From positions 1 to 57,930 of IMG/VR virus record IMGVR_UViG_3300044949_002606: 57,930 bases of DNA; one strand, 5' to 3'. The notes beneath the pieces are model-generated. The model made no database searches, had not been told where the DNA came from, and worked only from the letters and a program-made list of their open reading frames with translations. This DNA is from a virus. Lineage: Duplodnaviria > Caudoviricetes. Both the position numbers and the translations under genes were made by a program. Shown here piece after piece: positions 34,882-42,966 of the stretch; position 1 is the first letter of the stretch, and the number at the start of each line of letters is the position of its first letter.

Positions 34882-35619
34882 TCACCAGGTCTCGGCCACC
34901 TCATCGGCGAGGGACCAGAGCTGCTGATTGTAGTCCACCGAGCGCGTGATGTCGCTGAGCGGACGGCTGGTGGCTGAGCGACCCGAGCGGCTCAGGCCTT
35001 CGACGCCGCCGCGGATGGTGTTTTCCTGCACGCGGTTGAACGTCGACCACAGGTCGCCGTGGTCGTCTTCGGCGCGCCGCACCATGAGCAGGTCCTCGGG
35101 CGCGAACCGCTGCGCGTCGCCCCAACGCAGCTGTGCGGCGAAGCGCGCGAACTCGTGGCGCTGCGCCTTGGTGAGTTGCTTGTTGGACCAAGCGTCGATC
35201 GACTCGTAGAGCTTGCTGGTGTTCTTGGCCAGCTGCTGCACGCGATGGATCAGGTCCGCCGCCGCGTCGCCCGAGTGGCGCACCACCTCGGAGCCGACCG
35301 TGTTGCCGACGACGAGTCCGTTGCTGCACACGAACCGGAACACGCCGGCCAGGAGCTTGGCGGACGAGGAGCCGTCGTGGCTGTTGGTGAAGATCAGCCG
35401 GGGCGTGGCGCCGTGCACGGGCTGGTGGTCGGGGTGGCGGAAGTCGATCATGTGCTTGGACCACAGCGGGTCGCGCTTGCGCGGGGCGGCCACCTGCGTG
35501 GAGGCCACCCGCCACCCCTCGGCGCCGAGCCGCTCGACGACGGCGTTGGTGTTGATGAACTGGTACCGGGCACTGACGTTGGGCGCGGGGGACACGGCGA
35601 GAGCGGAACGAGGCAGCAT
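34882..35619 (-). CDS. DUF932/DUF945-family protein (245 aa)
   Basis: NSHDGSS...AG.FRFVCSNGL...H, DLWSTFNRVQEN. Confidence 0.85.
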   Translation of the reverse strand: MLPRSALAVSPAPNVSARYQFINTNAVVERLGAEGWRVASTQVAAPRKRDPLWSKHMIDFRHPDHQPVHGATPRLIFTNSHDGSSSAKLLAGVFRFVCSNGLVVGNTVGSEVVRHSGDAAADLIHRVQQLAKNTSKLYESIDAWSNKQLTKAQRHEFARFAAQLRWGDAQRFAPEDLLMVRRAEDDHGDLWSTFNRVQENTIRGGVEGLSRSGRSATSRPLSDITRSVDYNQQLWSLADEVAETW

Positions 35620-35663
35620 GGTGGGCTCCTGTGTGGTGGTGGGTGTTGTTCGAAAAAGGCCGA

Positions 35664-36245
35664 TCACTCGGCCACGATCGCGAACTTGAAGCCCTGGATC
35701 TCGGCAGACCCAGCGGCCTTCAGCGCGCCGCGGAACTTGATGTGCCGGCCGAGGGGCAGCGCCAGCACCAGGAAGGCCTCGCGCACGGACTTGTAGTTGC
35801 CCTGGCCGTTGCTCGGGTCGGTGACGCGCACGGCGTGGCGCGTGGCGCGACGGGCGGCGACGTCCTTGTTCTTCCAGCTGGCGGCGATCGCGGCGGAGCG
35901 GTCGGGGTTGGCGGCGGCGGAGCGACGCTTCAGAGCGCGGCCGGTGTCGTAGTTGAACTCGTGGCCGCAGTTGTGGCACAGCGCTTCGTGCTCGTTGGTG
36001 ACGTGCTGGCGACCGTGAGACTCGACCACGGTGCCGCAAGTGATGTCGGTGGTGGCGCCGCAGTTGGGGCAGGTGCCGACGACGTAGGCGGGCTTGGCGG
36101 CCGGCTTCAACGTCGCCAGCAGCTCGGTGACGCGGCGCTCGGCGGTCTTGCGGTCGGCGAACTTGTTGACGGGCTTCACGGCGTGGGCGTTGTAGAACGC
36201 GACGAGCTCGGAGGTCTTGGCGGTGGAGACGTTGATGGAGTTCAT
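35664..36245 (-). CDS. Early protein with CxxC-CxxC zinc ribbon (193 aa)
   Basis: AGAAAGGA RBS, own promoter, CPNC/CHNC. Confidence 0.8.
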   Translation of the reverse strand: MNSINVSTAKTSELVAFYNAHAVKPVNKFADRKTAERRVTELLATLKPAAKPAYVVGTCPNCGATTDITCGTVVESHGRQHVTNEHEALCHNCGHEFNYDTGRALKRRSAAANPDRSAAIAASWKNKDVAARRATRHAVRVTDPSNGQGNYKSVREAFLVLALPLGRHIKFRGALKAAGSAEIQGFKFAIVAE

Positions 36246-36253
36246 GATCGGGG

Positions 36254-36342
36254 TCCTTTCTAAGTTGGCGATCGCTGATTCGACCGTGATTGAATTTTAG
36301 AACGGAAAGTGGAATGACGGCAACAGATTTTTGAAAGACCCT
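36254..36342 (-). promoter_or_regulatory. Early promoter/leader module copy 1 (TTGCCG-N18-TAAAAT...AACTTAGAAAGGA)
   Basis: Conserved blocks shared with 37638-37722. Confidence 0.75.
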
Positions 36343-36355
36343 CCGCGATGGAGGG

Positions 36356-36631
36356 TTATTCGCAGTCCCCGGCCCGGGCGTGCGCATTGTAGAACGCGAC
36401 GAGTTCGCGGGCGCACCGCACGATCGTGCGCTCGAGCGCGGCGCGGTCGCGGCTGTCCATCTTCCGCTCGAGCCAAGGCGCCGGCCGGCCGCGCCGGTCC
36501 AGCACGGCGTAGTCCAGCTCGCTGGGCTCGTGGCACCAGCTGTCCGGGTGGCCGTGCAGCCGCGAGCGGTCCTCGCTGAACGTGGCGCGCACGAGGCAAG
36601 GGATGCCGGCGATGCGAGTGTCAATGAGCAT
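36356..36631 (-). CDS. Hypothetical early protein (91 aa)
   Basis: GAGGAG RBS; DTRIAGIPC...LDRRGRPAPWLERKM. Confidence 0.75.
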   Translation of the reverse strand: MLIDTRIAGIPCLVRATFSEDRSRLHGHPDSWCHEPSELDYAVLDRRGRPAPWLERKMDSRDRAALERTIVRCARELVAFYNAHARAGDCE

Positions 36632-36672
36632 GATGTTCATCTCCTCTTTCAAAACGGGGCGGAGGTTGGTCT

Positions 36673-37167
36673 TTAGGCGGCCAGGCGCTTGAGCGGCTTG
36701 CCGGTCTTGCCGAGGGTGGCTTGGTAGGCGAGGGCCGCCGCGTGCAGCGCCTGTTTCTGCTCGGCGGTCTGCGCTTTGCGCAGCTTGGTGTCGGGCGAGC
36801 AGGTGCAGGATTGGCCGGCGAACTGGTCGTAACCGGCACGCTTCACGTCTACGCCGGTCAACACGAGCTGGCCGTCTTCACGCTTTTCGATGGACTCGAT
36901 CTTGATCCAGCGGTTGGGCTCGGTGAACGAGCCAGCGCTGAAGCCTTGGCTGAAGTAGGTGTCGCCGACCTTGAAATCACTGGCGGGGACCATGCGCTGC
37001 TCGTTGAGCCACTCCTGAGCGGCACGACCACGCTTGGTGAGGACTTCGCCACGACCCTTGCAGCCGTAGCACATGCTGCCGTGCATCAGGTTGAAGCTGT
37101 AGCTGCCGGAGCCGCCACAGCGACCGCAAGTGGTGGATTCGAGGAGGAGCTTGGATTGGGTGTTCAT
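36673..37167 (-). CDS. Early protein with two CxxCxGxG motifs (164 aa)
   Basis: CGRCGGSG and CYGCKGRG; GGAG RBS. Confidence 0.8.
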   Translation of the reverse strand: MNTQSKLLLESTTCGRCGGSGSYSFNLMHGSMCYGCKGRGEVLTKRGRAAQEWLNEQRMVPASDFKVGDTYFSQGFSAGSFTEPNRWIKIESIEKREDGQLVLTGVDVKRAGYDQFAGQSCTCSPDTKLRKAQTAEQKQALHAAALAYQATLGKTGKPLKRLAA

Positions 37168-37184
37168 GTTCGTTGCTCCCGGGT

Positions 37185-37433
37185 TCACAGCACGGTCGAA
37201 ACGGCAACAGCGGCTTCGCCAACAGTCATTGGGGTGCAGAGCCGTTCGCGCAGGGAAGGTTCACCAGAGACCATCCACGCTTGACCTCCGTTTGACAATT
37301 TGGCTACGAACTCGACGCCATAGTCATCCGCTCTCAAGGCACTGATCGTTTTGTGCGCGGTACGGCTGTTGAGAACCGCGATGTACCTTCCGTGTTTTTG
37401 CACTTCGGGTTTGATGGTCTTGATGTTGTCCAT
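37185..37433 (-). CDS. Hypothetical early protein (82 aa), lower GC than neighbours
   Basis: GGAG RBS within a repeated linker. Confidence 0.6.
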   Translation of the reverse strand: MDNIKTIKPEVQKHGRYIAVLNSRTAHKTISALRADDYGVEFVAKLSNGGQAWMVSGEPSLRERLCTPMTVGEAAVAVSTVL

Positions 37434-37449
37434 GTTGTTGCTCCCGGGT

Positions 37450-37629
37450 TCACAGCGATTGTTGCTCAACGGCGACGGCGTAGCCCAGGCGCTTGATCTG
37501 CTCGAGAGCGCGAGGGGTGAAGGTCTTGGTGCCGATGAGGTCAGCCAGCTTGCGCGCGGTGTCGCAGGCGGGGTACACTGCGCGCTGGCCGTAGTTGTTG
37601 GCGATGCGGACGGTGACAGTTGCGTTCAT
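37450..37629 (-). CDS. Hypothetical early protein (59 aa)
   Basis: AGAAAGGA RBS; NYG...YP.C..A...A...GTKT.T. Confidence 0.75.
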   Translation of the reverse strand: MNATVTVRIANNYGQRAVYPACDTARKLADLIGTKTFTPRALEQIKRLGYAVAVEQQSL

Positions 37630-37637
37630 GTTCAGGA

Positions 37638-37722
37638 TCCTTTCTAAGTTGACGATCAATCGACCGTGATTGAATTTTCGAAGAAAAAACGTGCTCACGG
37701 CAACACGTTTTCGAAAGACCCT
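37638..37722 (-). promoter_or_regulatory. Early promoter/leader module copy 2 (TTGCCG-N18-GAAAAT...AACTTAGAAAGGA)
   Basis: Conserved blocks shared with 36254-36342. Confidence 0.75.
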
Positions 37723-37840
37723 TTACGACGCACGGGATTGACAGGGAAATCCCTGGCGCGCCGCAGAGCTGCGGGAAACGGCGTCCGTCCTGAGACGCCC
37801 GACAATAGCTGAAACTCAGACAGCAGAAAGGAAAATCAGC

Positions 37841-38773
37841 ATGACCACCGATTCGACGGCGTTTTTGGAGGACTTGGCCTCGGGGTTGAGCGGAGAGGAG
37901 CGGGTGATCCTGTGCGGATTTCCGGGCGACCCGTACGCCGCGGAGCCCAGCGCGTGGCGCCCGAGGGTGTGGCGGCCGGGGCAGGAGTTGCCCTTCGGCC
38001 CCCAGGACAACGCCTACGCCACGGTGGGGGCATTCCGGCGTGCACCGGACGGTACGTTCCGGCGGCGTACGGAGACATTTTCCGCGGGCTTGGCGCTCAT
38101 GGTGGACGATGTGGGCACGAAAGTTGACCGCACCACGGTGGAAGCGATGGAGCCGACCTGGCGCATCGAGACGTCACCCGGCAACGAGCAGTGGTGGTTC
38201 ATGCTTGCCGCGCCGGAGCGGGACGCCGCGCGGTTCGACGGGCTGATCCGGGCGTTCATCGCGGGCAAGTTGCTCGGCGCCGACCCCGGCATGAGCGGAG
38301 TGACGCGCGTGGGGCGACTCCCCGGGCACCTGAACGGGAAGAAGGCGTACAACGGCTGGATCACCAAGACCCTCGAGCGCACAGCGCGCCGCTGGACGCC
38401 GGAGCAGCTGCTGGAGGGGTTCGGGCTGCAGATTCAGGGGCGCCGCGTGGCGCGCGAGAAGTTGCCCACCGCCGAGGCCGTGGAGCGCAACCGCATGTTC
38501 GCCGCCGCGTACAAGTGGCTCGACCAGCACAGCATGCTGAAGCGTCACGAGCCTGACCCGAGCGGGTGGACGGAGATGCGGTGCCCCTGGACGGACGACC
38601 ACACTGGAGGCGTCGACTCTGGCGCGGCGGTGCGCGAGCCGGCTTCCGAAAACGACTGGTACGGCGCCTTCCGCTGCCACCACGGCCACTGCCTCGGCAA
38701 GGGCTGGAAAGACCTCACCGACTGGGTCAACGAGCAGTCGGTCGAGGAGTTGGATCGCGCCGCGCAGGCGTGA
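37841..38773 (+). CDS. RepB-type (AEP superfamily) primase with C-terminal Zn-binding domain
   Basis: LMVDDVG, IETSPGNEQ, R..RLPG; CPW...H...FRCHHGHC. Confidence 0.85.
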   Translation: MTTDSTAFLEDLASGLSGEERVILCGFPGDPYAAEPSAWRPRVWRPGQELPFGPQDNAYATVGAFRRAPDGTFRRRTETFSAGLALMVDDVGTKVDRTTVEAMEPTWRIETSPGNEQWWFMLAAPERDAARFDGLIRAFIAGKLLGADPGMSGVTRVGRLPGHLNGKKAYNGWITKTLERTARRWTPEQLLEGFGLQIQGRRVAREKLPTAEAVERNRMFAAAYKWLDQHSMLKRHEPDPSGWTEMRCPWTDDHTGGVDSGAAVREPASENDWYGAFRCHHGHCLGKGWKDLTDWVNEQSVEELDRAAQA

Positions 38774-38810
38774 CCCGTTGTTTGCAACCACGAACGGAGA
38801 ACTTAGAACC

Positions 38811-39017
38811 ATGAAGCTGATCGACATCTTGCGCAAGCCCGCACCCGCCACACTGATGGCCACCGAGCTGGACGACGCGCGCCGCGCGCTGCTGGAGGCG
38901 CAGAGCGCCAGGGACTACGCCACGGCGATGGTCGCCTACCACGAAAACCGCATCGATCGGCTCCGCGCCATGCTGGAGTTGGAGGCCAACACAGGCGCGG
39001 AGCAGCGTGCCTCATGA
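38811..39017 (+). CDS. Small coiled-coil hypothetical protein (68 aa)
   Basis: GGAG RBS; ATGA overlap downstream. Confidence 0.7.
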   Translation: MKLIDILRKPAPATLMATELDDARRALLEAQSARDYATAMVAYHENRIDRLRAMLELEANTGAEQRAS

Positions 39018-39355
39018 CCACCAACCGCAAAGACGAAGAAGCCGCGCTGGTGCCGCGTGTGGAGCAGACGCTGCGGCTCATCCGCGAGCTGCGCAACCCG
39101 AACCGCACCGAGCTCGCGTCGCGGCTGGGGTGCTCGCCGTCGACGGCCGCAGTCTACACCGCGGAGCTCAGGGCCCGGGGGTTGATTGTGCCGAGCAGCG
39201 CGGGGCGGTTTGCGCGTTGGCGCCTGGCCGAGGAGCCCGCAAAAACGAAGGCCGGCCCCGCCCCGCGCCTACTTGAGCAAACGAGCAGCGTTTGGCACTA
39301 CGCGCAACGCTGCGCCACGTACAACCTGAAAGGAGAGTGCAATGAACAAAGATGA
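39014..39355 (+). CDS. Winged-HTH protein (113 aa)
   Basis: RTELASRLGCSPSTAAVYTAELRARGLI. Confidence 0.7.
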   Translation: MTTNRKDEEAALVPRVEQTLRLIRELRNPNRTELASRLGCSPSTAAVYTAELRARGLIVPSSAGRFARWRLAEEPAKTKAGPAPRLLEQTSSVWHYAQRCATYNLKGECNEQR

Positions 39356-39518
39356 CGCTCCGCCGCCCGCTGAAGCGGCAACCGAGGTGGGCCAAGACGA
39401 CCCGGACTTCTACAACCGCCAGTTCATGCTGGAGGAGTTGGGTTCACTGCTGGCCTGGGCGCTCGGCATCTTCGCCGTTGTCGCGCTGCTGGGATTTGTT
39501 GTGGGGAGGTTCGTATGA
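39342..39518 (+). CDS. Small membrane protein (58 aa; not in ORF track)
   Basis: GAAAGGAG RBS; MNKDDAPP...LLAWALGIFAVVALLGFVVGRFV*; ATGA overlap with the next gene. Confidence 0.7.
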   Translation: MNKDDAPPPAEAATEVGQDDPDFYNRQFMLEELGSLLAWALGIFAVVALLGFVVGRFV

Positions 39519-40126
39519 CCACCCTACGCGAAGCCGCCCAGCAGGCGCTGGAAGCGTGGGAGCAAATAAACCTGTACGGCTTTGTCTTGGCCGATTACGA
39601 AGGCCCGATGGAGCAAGCCATCACCGCCCTCAAGGCCGCGCTGGAGAAGCCAGCGCGGCCGTTGTGCAAGGGCATACCCCGGCGCGGATGCAACTACCTC
39701 GCCCCTTGCGACACCGTGTGCAACAAGTGCGGCGAGATCCACCACCATCACCAGATGGTCGCTCACTTTGAAGCAGCGCAGCAGCCAGAGCAGGAGCCGG
39801 TGGCTTGGGGGTGCTTCCGGAACGGTGAGCTACAAACGGAACTCGTCGGCACCGAAGCCGATGTCGATTTCTGGTGCGCATCGGACGAACCGGAGATGCA
39901 GGGCATGGTGAAGGGCGCCCTCTTCACCCACTTACCCCGCCGCGAGTGCCTGCATGCCTTCGCGCGGTGCGCGGGCAACCCCGAGCGCACCGAGTGCGGC
40001 ACGTGCTCCCGGCGCGCCGACCCGCGCTCACCGCTGCGCCGGACGGAGTGGTGGATTGGACCCTGGGTGGGCCATGGCTCCTGCCCCGACCGGCGCGCGA
40101 CGCCTGAAAGCGCAACACCACAATGA
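39515..40126 (+). CDS. Mosaic Cys-rich hypothetical protein (203 aa)
   Basis: LREAAQQALEA and QEPVAW junction motifs; coupled on both sides. Confidence 0.7.
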   Translation: MTTLREAAQQALEAWEQINLYGFVLADYEGPMEQAITALKAALEKPARPLCKGIPRRGCNYLAPCDTVCNKCGEIHHHHQMVAHFEAAQQPEQEPVAWGCFRNGELQTELVGTEADVDFWCASDEPEMQGMVKGALFTHLPRRECLHAFARCAGNPERTECGTCSRRADPRSPLRRTEWWIGPWVGHGSCPDRRATPESATPQ

Positions 40127-41598
40127 CCAACACCATCGACGAACGCACCGCGGCGCGGGAGGCCGCGCTGCTGCAACGCATCGCTCACGCCCGCCGGCTC
40201 GCCCGGCCGGAAGACTACGTGTTCGACAAGGCGCAAGAAGCGTTCTGGGACCTGCGCGACGGCACCCAGCACTCGGAAAAAGCCGTCGACGCGTCCATCC
40301 CCGTCGAGCTGTGGCGCGTGGTGGTGGACGAAGGAGCAGGCGACGACGAGGCACCAGCTGAAGGTCGACGCCAACGTGGGCGGCCACGCCGCCGTCGAGA
40401 ACGGCTCGTCCCTCCCTCGCGCGACATCCTGCGCGTGGAAAATGACCAGTTTGTCGAAGGCAGCACGTGGTGGCCCGGCGAGCCGCAGATCATTCACGAC
40501 ATCTTCATCGACGCCAACGGCTGGCGCCCCGCCCCGGGCCGGCGCATCTACAACAAGTACCTCCCGCCGCCCCAGTTCGACCGCGGCGACCCGGAAAAGG
40601 CCGGCTGGTGGGTCAACCACGTCCGCAAGCTCTGGCCCGACCCCGCCGAGCATGAGTACTTTTTCGACTTCTGCGCGCACATGGTGCAGCGCCCCCAAGA
40701 AAAGTGCAACGCCGCGGTGGTGCTCTCCGGCACGCAAGGCATCGGCAAGGACGCCGCGCTCATGCCCGTGAAGGCCGCGATCGGTGCGTGGAACACCAAG
40801 AACATCGACCCCGACGAACTGTTCAGCCCGTACAAACCCTGGCTCGAAACACTCATGCTCGTCGTCGACGAGGTGCGCCCGAACAAGGACGAGTTCCACG
40901 CCAGCAGCGCGTACAACATTCTGAAGCCCATGATCGTTGCGCCGCCCGACACGCTGCCGCTGAACGACAAGTACGCCAAGCTCCGCCACATCATCAACCG
41001 GCTCCGCGTCTTCATCACCACCAACGACTGGATGAGCATGTACATCCCGCCCGAAGACCGCCGCATGTTCATCATGCACTCCCCGCTGCAACAAAAGTGG
41101 CACGAAGTCGAGGGCCGGCACAGCTACTTCCGTGAGTTCTTCGGCTGGTGCGAGCGCGGCGGCATCGAGCACGTTGCGGCGTGGCTCGCGGCGCGGGACC
41201 TGAGCGCCTTCGACCCCAAGGCTCAAGCCGCGCGCACCGCGGGGTGGGGCGCCGTGGCCGCGAGCTGGGGCGAGCCGGAAGACGCCGTCGCCTGGGCCAT
41301 AGACCACCTCGGCCGCCCGGACGCGGTCTTCGGCCAGGAACTCGTCATCCCGCAATTCGACCACCACGAAGAGGTCGCCGGCATGCTCAAGTCGCCGCGG
41401 AAGATCGCGCATCGAATGAACCGCGCCGGCTACGTGCAAGTGCCCGCCCCGGACGGCGAGCCGCGGTGGACGTTCCGCGCCGCGGGGAAAGTGTTGCGCG
41501 CGAGGTACGCCTTTGTGCGCTCGGAGCTCGGCGGGGATGTCGTCGCGGCCGTCGCTGCGGTGAAGGAACGGGGCCGCGCGATGCTGGAAAAGGGCTGA
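40123..41598 (+). CDS. Primase-associated P-loop helicase (DUF5906 / NrS-1-like, 491 aa)
   Basis: AHMVQRP.EK, GTQGIGK (Walker A), VVDE (Walker B), ITTN, DRR. Confidence 0.85.
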   Translation: MTNTIDERTAAREAALLQRIAHARRLARPEDYVFDKAQEAFWDLRDGTQHSEKAVDASIPVELWRVVVDEGAGDDEAPAEGRRQRGRPRRRRERLVPPSRDILRVENDQFVEGSTWWPGEPQIIHDIFIDANGWRPAPGRRIYNKYLPPPQFDRGDPEKAGWWVNHVRKLWPDPAEHEYFFDFCAHMVQRPQEKCNAAVVLSGTQGIGKDAALMPVKAAIGAWNTKNIDPDELFSPYKPWLETLMLVVDEVRPNKDEFHASSAYNILKPMIVAPPDTLPLNDKYAKLRHIINRLRVFITTNDWMSMYIPPEDRRMFIMHSPLQQKWHEVEGRHSYFREFFGWCERGGIEHVAAWLAARDLSAFDPKAQAARTAGWGAVAASWGEPEDAVAWAIDHLGRPDAVFGQELVIPQFDHHEEVAGMLKSPRKIAHRMNRAGYVQVPAPDGEPRWTFRAAGKVLRARYAFVRSELGGDVVAAVAAVKERGRAMLEKG

Positions 41599-41605
41599 CA
41601 AGCCC

Positions 41606-42061
41606 TCAGCGCGCCGGCCCCCGCGTCCTGCGCGGACGCGCGACGGGCGTAGGCTCGTACCGCTCGCCCAACGCAGGCAACGGACGGCGCGCGGCGTTGT
41701 CGACGCGCCACGGGTGCGCTCGGTCCGGGTCGTGAGCCAAGTCCCGGGCCGCCAAGTGCCCCACCACGACCCACTCCGGGTCCACCAACAACCACACCTC
41801 CCTCCCCGGCGTGAGCGCGTCCAGCTCCGCCTCCCACCAAGCCAACTCCGCCGCGCACCACGCGTCCATCAACAACGCCGTGGTCCATCCGCTGGCCACG
41901 TCCGTGAGCGTCAACGCCCCACCGCTGGCCGAACGCTGGGCGGCGTAGGCGTTGCCCGCCCGGTCCTCCACCAACAGCCGCCCGCCATCGATTCGGGCCG
42001 ACTTGAGCAAGGACTGCGCGGTCTGCTCGCGCAGCGTTTTCTTGGGCTTTTTGTGGTCCAT
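41606..42061 (-). CDS. Hypothetical protein (151 aa)
   Basis: AAAGGA RBS; fills the gap. Confidence 0.55.
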   Translation of the reverse strand: MDHKKPKKTLREQTAQSLLKSARIDGGRLLVEDRAGNAYAAQRSASGGALTLTDVASGWTTALLMDAWCAAELAWWEAELDALTPGREVWLLVDPEWVVVGHLAARDLAHDPDRAHPWRVDNAARRPLPALGERYEPTPVARPRRTRGPAR

Positions 42062-42094
42062 GGGTGTCCTTTTTGGGTTCATTGAGGGGTCGCC

Positions 42095-42410
42095 GCGCCA
42101 ATCTCGGGTCGTGGGCGGATCGGCCTTCTTTGCATTATCTCGGCTTCTTCGGCGTTTGGCAACCGTTCGTGCGAAAAGCCGCTGTTTTGGGTGATTTTCG
42201 CAAATCCGGAATTCGCGTCGATATCACACAATTCCCGAAGTTTCCCGAGCTACTAATTGTTGGAAAAAAACAAAATTAAATGAGTAGAATAAGGGATTTA
42301 ATTTAAAAAAGAGGAAACAATAGCAAACTCGGGCCTCTTTGCGATCTCGGGTCGGATTGGCGCGGCTCGAGCTGGATTTTGGCGGTTCATAACCCGAGAT
42401 TTCGATCTTT
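42095..42410. other. AT-rich non-coding region with repeated (AT)CTCGGG motifs: candidate origin or packaging site
   Basis: Only long AT-rich tract (42253-42325) in a GC-rich genome; six related motifs in both orientations; just upstream of terS. Confidence 0.6.
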
Positions 42411-42456
42411 TTGCGACGCAGCGTGGATATTCGAGCGCGGCTTCAAGAAGAAAGTG

Positions 42457-42485
42457 TTGCCCGCGGCTGCGGCGTGAGCGATAAT
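42457..42485 (+). promoter_or_regulatory. Candidate promoter TTGCCC-N17-GATAAT upstream of terS
   Basis: Matches the TTGCCN family with 17-bp spacing. Confidence 0.55.
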
Positions 42486-42538
42486 CGCGGCGCGAAGTGC
42501 TGCAGTAGCAACTTCAATAAAATTCGAGGCTTGAAGAA

Positions 42539-42955
42539 ATGGCTGGTGTGAAAGGTCGCGGTGGTCGTCCTCCGGGCAGTGGCGGCAGACCGCCAGGAAT
42601 CCCCAACAAAGCCACCCGCGCGGCTCGTGAAGCGATTGCGGCGTTCGTCGACAACAACGCGCACCGCCTGCAGGAGTGGCTGGACAAGATCGCTGATGGT
42701 GTTCCGATGCTCGACGCGCAAGGCAAACCAGTTTACACCGACGAAGGCGAACCGCGTTTCCTGACCACGCCCAACCCCGAGAAGGCCGCCACGATGTTCA
42801 ACAACGTCATCGAGTACCACGTGCCCAAGCTCGCCCGCAGCGAGGTCACGGGCGCCAATGGCGGCCCCGTCAGCATCGCGGCGATCGACTTGAAGGGCTT
42901 GACGGATGTGGAGCTCGAGCAGGTGCAGCGGCTGTTGGGCAAGGCGGCGCAGTGA
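42539..42955 (+). CDS. terS: Terminase small subunit
   Basis: GGRPPG.PNK N-terminus, YHVPKL, EVTGANGGPV; directly precedes terL. Confidence 0.8.
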   Translation: MAGVKGRGGRPPGSGGRPPGIPNKATRAAREAIAAFVDNNAHRLQEWLDKIADGVPMLDAQGKPVYTDEGEPRFLTTPNPEKAATMFNNVIEYHVPKLARSEVTGANGGPVSIAAIDLKGLTDVELEQVQRLLGKAAQ

Positions 42956-42966
42956 GCCGCTGATCA

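Noticed and set aside
34882-36624. Over-extended track ORFs suggesting fusions (also 271..1749, 12992..15199, 23858..25042, 24735..26468, 31931..32440)
   Set aside because: The extensions overlap other real genes in different frames, and internal starts with RBS or stop-start coupling fit better.
37730-37830. tRNA gene
   Set aside because: Hairpins are serial, with no acceptor stem or T-loop consensus. No tRNA was recognised elsewhere by eye.
33076-39355. Lysogeny module
   Set aside because: No integrase, ParA or CI-like repressor is recognisable, and the two small HTH proteins alone do not support a temperate lifestyle.
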